DNA of 64,000 nt, from assembly GCA_002269645.1 (NCBI GenBank), contig NIVC01001122.1:186001-250000 (forward strand), in the 5' to 3' direction. The stretch comes from Macrostomum lignano. Its lineage: Eukaryota. A program made the translations under genes and the position numbers. Under the pieces are notes generated by a model. It searched no databases and was not told the origin of the DNA. It saw only the letters and a program-made list of their open reading frames with translations. Shown here piece after piece: positions 51,730-62,605 of the stretch; position 1 is the first letter of the stretch, and each line of letters starts with the position of its first letter.

Positions 51730-53201
51730 TCAAGTGGACTCGGCCGTCTCCCAGCTCTCTTCAACAATGGCGCGCACCTTTTTCTCATATTCGCGCTTGT
51801 TCTCCTGGTAGAGAGTGGCGGCCACGTTGTTGGCTGGCGAGTTTGGGTTGGGCTCGTCCAGCAGGGACTGGATGGAGGTCAGCACGGCGGAAACGTCATA
51901 GGTGGGGCTCCACTTGGCCTGCGCAATTTTCAGGGATGCCAGGTAATTTGCAGATCAGTGCAGTGTGATGGCTCATTTGAGGAGCTGAGGTCTGGGTGGA
52001 GCTGAGGTCTGGGTGGAGCTGAGGTCTGGGTGGAGCTGAGGTCTGAGTGGAGCTGAGGTCTGGGTGGAGCTATCCTGGATCACTGGGTGGAGCTGAGGTC
52101 TGGGTGGAGCTGAGGTCTGGGTGGAGCTGAGGTCTGGGTGGAGCTGAGGTCTGGGTGGAGCTATCCTGGATCACTGGGTGGAGCTGAGGTCTGGGTGGAG
52201 CTGAGGTCTGGGTGGAGCTATCCTGGATCACTGGGTGGAGCTGAGGTCTGGGTGGAGCTGAGGTCTGGGTGGAGCTGAGGTCTGGGTGGAACTGAGGTCT
52301 GGGTGGAGCTGAGGTCTGGGTGGAGCTGAGGTCTGGGTGGAGCTGAGGTCTGGGTGGAGCTATCCTGGATCACTGGGTGGAGCTGAGGTCTGGGTGGAGC
52401 TGAGGTCTGGATCACTGGGTGGAGCTGAGGTCTGAGTGGAGCTGAGGTCTGGGTGGAGCTGAGGTCTGGGTGGTGCTGAGGTCTGGGTGGTGCTGAGGTC
52501 TGGGTGGAGCTGAGGTCTGAGTGGAGCTGAGGTCTGGGTGGAGCTGAGGTCTGGGTGGAGCTGAGGTCTGGGTGGTGCTGAGGCCTGGGTGGAGCTGAGG
52601 TCTGGGTGGTGCTGAGGTCTGAGTGGAGCTGAGGTCTGGGTGGAGCTGAGGTCTGGGTGGAGCTGAGGTCTGGGTGGAGCTGAGGTCTGAGTGGAGCTGA
52701 GGTCTGGGTGGAGCTATCCTGGATCACTGGGTGGAGCTGAGGTCTGGGTGGAGCTGAGGTCTGGGTGGAGCTGAGGTCTGGATCACTGGGTGGAGCTGAG
52801 GTCTGAGTGGAGCTGAGGTCTGGGTGGAGCTGAGGTCTGGGTGGAGCTGAGGTCTGGGTGGAGCTGAGACCCCAGCCTGAACACTGGGCAGAGTTAAGAG
52901 TAAAGGATGTCCAGATACTAACCTGCAGGATGTCCAGACAGATGCTGCCATCCGCGTAGACATTGGGATGAAACATTTTCGATACAAAGCGAACAAGCGG
53001 CGGCTTATTGGGATACTCTTCGCTGAACTCCATAGTCAGCTGGAAGGTGCCATCCTCAAATGGCGTGTCCTGCGGTCCGAAAATCAGGCAATTCCAATGC
53101 AGAATGTTGCTCTCGTTAGGGGCCCCAGATACGCCAGCAGGTGGGTCCTCCTGGAGGCGCTTGAAATCGCGAACAAGGCGACGCCTGGCTGGCGAAGTCA
53201 T
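51730..53201 (-). CDS. RAD6: Ubiquitin-conjugating enzyme E2, Rad6/UBE2A/B ortholog, 155 aa
   Basis: Exons 53201-52923 and 51918-51730. [21 protein letters not shown]...[16 protein letters not shown]|[33 protein letters not shown] motif, catalytic Cys88 and Ser120 are retained. Confidence 0.95.
51980..52870. repeat. Rad6 intronic 17-mer gtggagctgaggtctgg
   Basis: Tandem copies read directly. Confidence 0.97.
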
Positions 53202-54304
53202 TTCTATGCAGCTAGCGGGGACTGAAAATCGGTAGGGGCATTGAAAAGCATTTCATTATAAGCAGGCAAATATTAATAACCTTTAAAAAATCCATGAAAT
53301 TGATTTTAAGATATTTTTTTTAAAGATAGCTTTCATAGTGTTTAATGAATCAGTGTTCTATCATTTAATGATATAGTAATTGTTTGCTTAAAGGCTACAA
53401 AAACGGTGATTTATAAACTATTATTTTGAACTTAACTTGATATTGTTTAGATAAACAGTAACTTATAATTATTTTAAGTTTTAATACTTTGAAATATAAT
53501 TAACTATAATTCCCTAACTATCCTTATCTATAAATTAAATAAACTATTGAATTTATACTTATTATATATATATATATATCTTATCTTATATCTAAAGCCG
53601 GGTTTAATGCATATCTCCTCCTAGACGGCTGCCAACTCAAATGCGGGACTTATATATATCAATTCAGAATTTTCCTACGCAACAAATAGGCTATTTTAAT
53701 GTTAAAATTTAAAAGTTGGGTCTGTTAAAAAAGCAGAAAACTGTTTTCTTAACCTTCTTTGGCCACTTTGCCTCTCCAGTGGAGGGGTAGTGGCATAGTT
53801 GTAAAAACAACCACCCCAACCTTCCCCGCAGGTCGCTGTGTATTGGAGGGGTGGGTGACGCGTGTTCTGGGTTCAATGCTAATAAAAACCCCGCGTGTTG
53901 GGGGTGCAGTAAAATTTAATGATTCCCCTGGAATAGGGGGGGGGTTGGTTTGGGCTGAGTGTACATAGCAAAGTACATTGTAAGCAGATAGATAGGACTG
54001 TGTCGAGATTCAATTGGTTTTATTATCGGCATCTTTCAAAAGGCAGTCCTGTGTATTAGCTGGGCAGTGAAATTCAATGAATAAACTTGCGAGCCTCTTA
54101 CTGTAGCAGGCAGTGAATGTACACTCGATCCTTCAATGCTTTAAATCAGGAAGTTCAAAGGCTAACTATTCCTTGATTTTTAAGCTTTGAGAGGAGAGAA
54201 TTATATTGCTGGAAAGATCTTGCAATGCTGAGTTTGGGGATATAAGTTATTTGCTTTAAATATAAAAACAAAAAGCACAGCATTGAAAAAAACGATTTCC
54301 GAGT

Positions 54305-55215
54305 AGATAGATAAGCGAGTAGAGATAAGAGATGAGAGAGAAGAGGAGAGATAAGAGAGAATTGAGAGAAGACAGGAGAGAAGAGATAAGAGAGAGAAGC
54401 GAGAAGAGAAGGGAGAGATGAGAAAACATGCTATGATATTTCAGAGGTTTTATGGAGGATTTGGAAGATTTGGAAGATTTTTTGATGTATACCCAGACAA
54501 GTAAAAAGCATATTTTTATAAACTTCAGTTTCATAGTCTTGATTGACTGAAATTTGATAGAGATAATATTTTTTTAAATTGATGGATTGTAGCTTGAAGG
54601 AGATGATATACAATGGATTGCAGTTTGACGAAAAGGATTTTGTATCTGTTTCATGGAGAGGATGAAATGGCTAAATGAAATGGAATAGAGAAAAGAGAAT
54701 AGGAAAGAGAAGATAAAAGATTAGATGAAAGAGAAAATAAACAGAGAGAATTAAAAGGGACAGATTAGAGAAAAGAAAAAGAGAATAAAGGCAAGAGAAG
54801 AGATGAGGGAATTGAGAGGAGAGAGGAGAGGGGGGTAAGAGAGGAGAAAGAGGAGACAGGAAGGAGTAGAGCCAAAAGATGAGAGAGAAGAGATAAATGA
54901 GTAGAGATGAGGGGAGAGAGAGGAGAGAGAAGCGAGATTATAAGGGAGAGAGGAGAGGGGAGAAAGTAGAGAGATGAGTGAGCAGACAGGAGATAAAGGA
55001 GAGGAGAGAGAAGAGAGAAGAGATAAAAGAGGAGAGAGGAAAAAGTAGAGGAGAAAGTAGTGAGGAGAAAGAAGAGAGTAAATATGAGAGCGCAGAGAGG
55101 AGAGATAAGAGAGTAGAGATGAGAGATGAGAAATGATAGATAAGTGAGGAGATGAGAGCAGAGAGGAGATAGGAGAGATTAGAGATGAGAGAGCAAAGAG
55201 GAGAGAGGAGACAGG
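54305..55215. repeat. Degenerate GA-rich low-complexity tracts
   Basis: Polypurine stretches at about 54305-54420 and about 54670-55215. Confidence 0.8.
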
Positions 55216-56477
55216 CGAGAGTCAGTCTGGACGATGGCAGGCAGTCAATTTTTGCACACAGGTAAAACAACATGGTTTTTGGGAGGTTAATATTGGATTT
55301 GGAGAGGATTTGGACGGTGGGATTCGTGTCATTGGATTCAGCTGATGGTTTCGGGGAATGAAATTCTGGCGATGGGAGTTCTATCCCCTCACTCCGCCAA
55401 CGGAGGAGTTGGCCTCGTTATTATATATAGGCCTATTAATAATCATTAAACTAACTATTAAGCATTTTGTCTATTTTTTAGTTAGGTCTTGTTTTATAAA
55501 TCTAAGGCAAATATACATGGTTATATTCTAGTTATGAACTTTTTGCTAGTTATTTTATAACTTTTTTTGGCAAGTCCTGTGTCACCTGCAAATCTTATTG
55601 GCTAGGATCAACTCAAAATGAGAAATTCCTCTTTCGAAAGAGGAGCTGTTTTAGGCCAGTAGGCCTACCATAGGACCATGGAAACAATAAATTTATTTAA
55701 AAATAAGAAAATTCAAGTCAATTTCACAAAGAGTTTCTCGAAAATCTTACATACAATTTGCATGCCGATTTATGATTATACTAGGCCTAAGAAATAATCG
55801 CATAGTCTCTTGACTGGCCTTACAATCTTAACATGAAATAAACGCTTAATTAAAATACTGCGGTGGTATCCAAGCTGAAGATTAGGCCTACGAAAAGTAA
55901 AAGAATAAAAGAAATCTTTCTTTTAAAGAAAACAAAAGAAACTGAATTTTTACTCATCATCCTAAAAATTCAATTGATTATGAACGGACAAAGTGTGTAA
56001 GTTGAGCTAAATTAAAACTGCTTGCACCTACGGGTCTTACGGGGTCTACTGTTTCATTTCATCGATCCTGAACACTATTTCATCAGAGTTACTCAATTTG
56101 AAGTCAATAGAGTAAAGCCAGTCAGCTGATTGGTTTTTTTCTAAAACAAAACAAGAAAACGAAATAAGACACTTTTTTGTTAAAAACAAACAAAAAAGAA
56201 TATTTAGCCTACTTTCAAAAAACAAGTCTGTGCTTTATAAAATCGCTTTGTTATACTGCATATTCTTCAAGTAGCGGACTTTTTAGCTTGCCAGCGAGAT
56301 GATGCTTTTTATTTTTAGGGAATTTTCTTTAAATACAGTATTATTATAAAATATTAAAATATTATTTCTACTCAACTAGATTGGCCACAGTGAATAACTG
56401 CCACTCGCTATCCGTATTGAATGCCATACTGCGTATGCTCAGTGCTCACTCGCCATTCGATTTGTTTATGAAGTCAA

Positions 56478-57613
56478 CAGGGACAACTAAAACACTCGGT
56501 TTTTAGTCATTTTTAAATAACAGCCGACGCTGAACCTGGCCGGCGACACCCCGGAGGAACGCAGGAATGAATTGCGCGACTTCTTCGCCGGCGTCGTGAT
56601 CATGAACGCGCCCACGTCGCCGCTGCCTGCCAGTTTTTGCGCTCCCACTGGGCACGCCGCTCCCAGCTGAGTAGGACTTCTGCACCAGCCCAGTCACCAC
56701 GGAGGTGTGCTGTTCTCTCGAAAAACATCCAGGCGGCAAGGCGCTCGGTCCCGACGAAGTCCCGGTCGAAGCGCTGCGGCTCCGCTGTGTGTGGCCTCCC
56801 AGGTCACAGGTGTCATGAACCGCGTGGCTCGCAGGCGCCCCCGCGCCCACCGAGTGGACCGTCACGTACTGCAGTCTGCAGTCGGTGCTGAACCCGTACC
56901 TGCGGTACGATCAGAATTCGGATTCTGGCCGCAACGCGATACAGTGACCCAGATCCTCACACTCCGCCGTGTCATTGAGGAGGCGCGCATCCGCCAGTCT
57001 ACGCTGATCATTGTCTTCATTGACTTTTCCAAAGGCGTTTGACTCGGTGTGTGTTGAGAACCGCACTTCCCTTTGTCCTTCGAGCCTACCGGGTACCCTA
57101 GCAGCTAATCGACGCTGTCATGGCGCTGTACTGTAATTTGCAACACTCGAGCTGCTGTGGTGACGGCAAACGCCTGTCTGACCTGTTCGACACTTCATCA
57201 GGAGTTCTGCAGGGCGACACGCTGACGCCGTTCCTCTTCGTACTGCTGCTGGACTGGGTGCTTCGGTTCGCACTCCCCTCGGCTAACGACGGCTTCCTGC
57301 TGCGCAGACGTATCGGTCGCCGCCACGGCGAAAAGCGCCTGAGCGTGCTTGGCTACGCCTACGACCTCGCCCTCCTGTCCTCGTCCGTTGAAGGCGCCCA
57401 GCGTGAGATATTCACGAAGGAAAGGTTTAAACTTGGCATGGTATTTTTTACATTTGCACAAGAGTTGAGGGCTTGTTGTTTTCCCTCACACTTCCTGAAA
57501 CTTGAGAGAGTTGCAGTTGGAATGGCCACATAGAACACTGCTTTTAAACGAGCCCCCAACTTTTTCATCATGATTTGGCTCGTTTCGCGTCCCGAGTGTT
57601 TTAGTTGTCCCTG
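56478..57613. mobile_element. Segment bounded by perfect 22-bp terminal inverted repeats (hAT-like CAGGG ends) enclosing the RT fragment
   Basis: cagggacaactaaaacactcgg at 56478-56499; exact reverse complement at 57592-57613. No target-site duplication is visible (gaagtcaa vs accgggag). Confidence 0.6.
56520..57410 (+). pseudogene. Decayed non-LTR retrotransposon reverse-transcriptase fragment (RTE-like)
   Basis: RT motifs across frames: FGFWPQRDTVTQILTLRRVIEE, FIDFSKAFDS (frameshifted), GVLQGDTLTPFLF, and YAYD in place of YADD. Contains a frameshift and an in-frame TAG; truncated at both ends. Confidence 0.8.
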
Positions 57614-58517
57614 ACCGGGAGACAACTGAAAGGAGTACTTATAGGCTATGCTATAAGAAAGGAGTACTAAAGTAGACGGAAACCCTATTTCTTACACCTT
57701 AAACATAACCCTTACCTAATTGTTGTGTTTCCGCTGTGTATTTTTAAACGCAAAATGTTTATATTTCTACTATAAGTAGATGCTTAGCACATGCGTATTA
57801 TACAATAGCAGCATAATACTTCTCCTTGCATCATGCTCTATCGGTAGAGTTTAAATAGCATTTAGTCGCCAGTCTCAATAAGGCGGTCCGGCGTTGTTGG
57901 GTTCTCAGCCGTTTGGATCCCGACCCCATCGACAACCACTTGACTACCGATTTTTTTCGATTCGTAAAAACTTTCTTGCACGAATCCCTCATCGCTACAT
58001 ATTACACCTGTACTAAAAGCGTTGTTTGTATGTATGTATGTATGTTCGATAACTCCCCCTAGACTACTTGCAAGTCAGCGTTGAAACTCTGCTTGCAGAG
58101 GAAACTGCAAATTTTACGTTTTTTTATAAAACTGTACGTACACGAACTGGCTACTACTCCAAGCAGAAATCAAATTGCAGAGAAAAACTTCTGGTTGGAG
58201 TGTAACGGTGTACATGTTGGAATATTGAAATAAAAACTTGCCCACCAGAGGACACTTGCCTTTTTTTACATGTTATTTTGTTTTTTTCCTAGTCAAGCAG
58301 GTCGGTAACTAAATAGTATATGTCCTTCGCAAAAATTCGATTAACGGCTATAACGATCTAGCTACTCTTTTTAAGTAGCAATGTTGCATTTTTTGCCATT
58401 CAAAAAAAGAAATTGTCGAATTTTTAGAGATTATAACTATCAATACCTAAGGACAACAGAAAACTTGTGAGCAGTGTCGTTAATCTCTCGGACACCGTGG
58501 CGAGTCTGTTCTGACAC

Positions 58518-58819
58518 ATCCCACTTGAAAATTGCATAGGGAACCCCTAGGGGCTACACTTAGTGGCTAGCTAGGAGGGGGTTGTGTCACTAGATTCCTT
58601 AGGGGTACCCTAGGGGCCATTAAGGGCCAGCCTCAGGGAGGCTTTAATTCTCTTTCATTCTCAATCAATCTCTTTCATTCTCAATTCCACTCTCTAAGGC
58701 CAGGGAGGCTGGCCCTTAATGGCCCCTAGGGTACCCCTAAGGATTCTAGTGACAACTCCTTGGGTAGCCCCTAGCTAAGTTTAGCCCCTAGGGCCCCCTA
58801 GATTTTTTTCAAGTGGGAT
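58518..58819. mobile_element. Foldback/MITE-like element with about 120-bp imperfect inverted arms
   Basis: Left arm atcccacttgaaaa...ccttaggggtaccctaggggccattaagggccagcct matches the reverse complement of 58693-58819. The spacer of about 50 bp holds a 2x direct repeat tctctttcattctcaat. CCC...GGG ends are flanked by AT. Confidence 0.75.
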
Positions 58820-59235
58820 TTTTTTCTATTTCAGATTCTTCAAGTTTTCTTCTGTCGAGTGGGAATTGGCTTTTAGTTACAGCCCATTTTCGTTCGCGAT
58901 TCGTTATATTATACATAAAATTGCTTAGAAAATGATTTACTCTAACGTTTTATTAGCCAGTTTATATGCTTAGAGTTTAGAAAAAAAATTGGTAGTTGCG
59001 CTGCAATTCTTTCAAATATATTTCTATAATTTTTTAGTTCATTTTGATTGTGTATAAAATTGGTTGCATAATATAATGTCTACCTACCAATATCATAATG
59101 TGACAGGCATTAATCCCTACTAGTTGATTAATAATTTCCTACATGACAATGAGTACAGCGAAGACAGTGTGTGTCCAATATCAGATGAGAATTAGTGCAT
59201 CAATCACGGTTTGTCAGGCTGCCAGCCGTCCCAAC

Positions 59236-59999
59236 TTAGGTGAAGGGAGTCCTGAAGATAATGAAGATCTGCTTGCCGTAGCGGAAGATGAACGAGTAGG
59301 CGGGCTCGTGGCCGAAGTAGCACCAGAACTGGCCGTTGACGATGACCACGTGCCACAGCTGGTTGAACTGCCGGTCTGCCTGGGTCTTGATCCACTTGGG
59401 CACGTCCTTCATGTTCTGGTTGGTGCGCAGGCCCTCGAGGGTCAGATTGGCGATCTTGATCTGCCAGCTAAGATCCATATCGCCGGAAATGTACTCGACG
59501 CCTTCGGGCATGGAGCCAGTGGCAATGCGCGAGCGAACCTCGGACATGCTGTTACAAAGAGAAGGATTGGGATTGCTTGAGAATCTCACGGATCCGCGGC
59601 TAAAGTACGAGTACATTGTAAATACTGACGTCATACGTCGGCTAAACAAATGTGTAATGTAAAAAGTACTCATTTAACAGTCGCGTCTATCGAATTCAAG
59701 TACACAAGAGACTTAATCAACCGGCTTACATCTGCTTCGGATTCAAACCGAGCACGTCGCAGTACTCTTCCACCTCGATGGTGCCCGAGTTGTCCTGGTC
59801 GAACAGTCGCATCCATTTCTGGGAGGAATGGAGATTGTTGTCAATTTGCAGTGAGTTGTACAAATCAGAAATCAAGTCTTACATTAACGAAGGCGTCATC
59901 GTAGTTCTGCTTTTTCATGTAAGCCGACAAGTCCCGGGAAGTGATGCTGCCCCTGCCTTGGACATCGATGGCTAGCCAGGCTTCTTTGAATGCCTCCAT
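59236..59999 (-). CDS. Tegumental allergen-like (TAL) protein: N-terminal EF-hand pair plus C-terminal dynein light chain (LC8-like) domain, 172 aa
   Basis: Exons 59999-59883, 59818-59730, 59548-59236; GT-AG, phases 0 and 2, 519 nt. MEAFKEAWLAIDVQGRGSITSRDL...|KWMRLFDQDNSGTIEVEEYCDVLGL...|...KDVPKWIKTQADRQFNQLWHVVI..FWCYFGHE..FIFRYGKQIFIIFRTP. The ORF track shows only the last exon. Confidence 0.88.
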
Positions 60000-61880
60000 A
60001 TTTTTGGGTAGCAACTATTGGGGTTAACTATTCGGGCCTTGTCTTGACGAACCTTGACACCGTCTCTGTTGGTAGTCCGCAGAGGCTGAGCCCATGCAGA
60101 GCGTTTATATAATTTTGGGGGCTGACGCGGTAGCCTGAGGTGGGTGCCGATGAGCGCATACTCATAGCTTAGAACTGGCTGGCTCACAGACTAGGGAGGG
60201 AGAGCAGCGCCGAGTTTGCGCAGCTCGCAGAAGAGAAACGGCAGCCTCAATTGCATTCCTGCCACCTATACTAGGCAGGTTTATGCTGCGTGTATGTGGC
60301 TGCTGTTCGAGACTAGTTTATTAGAAAAGATATGGCTTCGGTTTGTTTAACTCTTCAGATCCTGCCATTGTTTTCCTTCTTGGTCGTTCTTTTATTTTAG
60401 TGTCTATATTAACTTAGGCGATGGGTGAATGCATCTTGCTTAAACTAAATATTATAGTCACACACGTTGAAAAAGACTTGGTTCTCTCTTCACTATAGTC
60501 TGTATTATGGTAGATCAGCTTGAAATGTGATTTTTGATCGAATTTCAATTGTCTGTTTGAAACTTCAGTTGAATTCTGTCAGTCACTCGAAATTACTACT
60601 GTTTACCTATGCCAGATCCTATGCAGTTTTGAATGGTTCGATTGAAGTTTACGACATTGGAAGTTAATCCACACTCAATGCAGAATTGCTGATTCAGAAG
60701 TAACCCACTCTAGCTCTTCTGTTGATTAGCCAGAGACCATTTGGTCAGGTATATTGCTTAAGTTCAGCATTCTCTAGACGTAGTAAGCATGCAGATCAGA
60801 GTGGTAGCAAAACTCGGTATCATTCCTCCCCAGAAGTGAACAAGTCTCACTTCCTGAAATTTAGTCTATGGCTCAACTCCCTACCCATCAGCGTATCGGA
60901 AACAGGCTTGACCATAGACATTATCTGCTCAACTCCAACAACCAGCCTATCTCATAACATTTAGAGCTTGCAACTTTCAGGATTGTTTCCTTTTGTCTGA
61001 TACGGTTCTAGGCAAGAATTTCCCGGCAATTCCATTTTATTGTTTGCCTGCACAGAACTTCAACTACATTGATTAAAGTTGTTTACAATCTTATTAATTT
61101 TGTGCGAGGTGCAATCATAAGTTTATCGAGCTATTCTTACATGAGCTGCAACTATAGCAGTAAGCAAGCAACGTTTGGGTGAAATCTCTACTGTTCCCTA
61201 TCTTTTTATTTGATTTTTTCCTCTAAATTCGTCTATTTTTTAGAACTTTGTTCTCACACTTTTGATTATTCAATATACGAAGTATTAGCGATCCGGAAGT
61301 TGCATGCAGGCACATATTGCAGTGCCGCAGTACCTGCAATACATATTTTCACGTTTAACCGCGCTCCCTACCAGTGGACCTCTGCCTTTGCTATAACAGC
61401 AGCCCCATTTTTTTGTTCGATGCCATGCAAAACACACTCGACAATTCTTTTTTTTATAGCTAAGCTCAATTCACAGTGGTTGAAGTGCTGACTGAGAAAA
61501 CACACGCCCAGTTATGCGCAGAATAAGCCTTTAAAAAGACACGAATAGCATACAGCAGCCCCCAATTGTGCTGACACACCCAAGACAAACAGGCACACCC
61601 AGAGCTGGCCATTGTTGTCCCAACCTGCTGCAGAGAGATGAATGCATGCTTGGTTTGCTTTTGCAGCTCGGCGCTTCTACGTTTAGTCTTAGTTAACTAA
61701 GGGGCTGACCGCGATCATGCAGCAGCACAGAACGGCCTGTAGTATGTGCAATAAGTTGTGCCACCGCGCACCTAGCGTCGTTTTTTCTACTTATAAACTT
61801 TGTAAGAAAACGGTTTCTGCTAAAAGATCTAAAACTCTTAAATCTATTGAAGCCTGATAGGCACTTTGTTTCTATGACGA

Positions 61881-62605
61881 CATAGGTATAGGAACTTTTC
61901 AAAAAGTGTGGGGGGGCAAGGCTCAGCGGCGGATTTGGGGGGGGGGCACACAGGGCGCACGCCCCCGTCGAGTTAGATTTTTATATATGGAAAATGCACA
62001 CTATCATGTACCGATTATTTTTAGAATCCGTCTTGTCAGCACTCATTTTATAAAGCGCCGCAGGCATTCATTTTAGCGCCGCAGGCACGCATTTTAGCGC
62101 CGCAGCCACTCATTTAAGCGCTGCAGGCACTCATTTTGGCGCTGCAGGCACTCATTTAAGCGCTGCAGGCACTCATTTTGGCGCTGCAGGCACTCATTTT
62201 GGCGCTGCAGGCACTCATTTTATAAAGCGCCGCAGGCATTCATTTTAGCGCCGCAGGCACTCATTTTAGCGCTGCAGGCACTCATTTAAGCGCTGCAGGC
62301 ACTCATTTTGGCGCTGCAGGCACTCATTTAAGCGCTGCAGGCACTCATTTTGGCGCTGCAGGCACTCATTTTATAAAGCGCCGCAGGCATTCATTTTAGC
62401 GCCGCAGGCACTCATTTTGGCGCTGCAGGCACTATGTTTTGTCGCCCTGTAGCAAAATGCATTCATGCAAAGCAGCAAAAACCAAAATAAGCAAGAAGTC
62501 TACATTTTACATCCAAATGTGGAGGGGCCAGATACCATTACTGCCCCCCCATTTTAAAAAGTGGGGGCCCCATGGCCCCACTGTCCCTTCGTTCCTACGC
62601 CTATG
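61881..62605. mobile_element. Non-autonomous hAT-type DNA transposon (MITE), 725 bp
   Basis: TIRs cataggtataggaac / gttcctacgcctatg (13/15 match). Perfect 8-bp TSD tatgacga at 61873-61880 and 62606-62613. Contains an internal minisatellite; no transposase. Confidence 0.88.
62040..62430. repeat. 20-23-mer gcgctgcaggcactcattttg inside the hAT MITE
   Basis: Tandem copies read directly. Confidence 0.93.

Noticed and set aside
54200-55440. Possible exons near the donor-like cacacag|gtaaaa site (about 55260)
   Set aside because: No acceptor with a pyrimidine tract on the same strand and no recognisable product.
59143-59673. ORF-track N-terminus MSTFYITH... for the DLC protein and the antisense ORF 59143-59580
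   Set aside because: The upstream part lies in the intron 59729-59549 and the spliced EF-hand exons give the family-typical protein. The + ORF is an antisense shadow.
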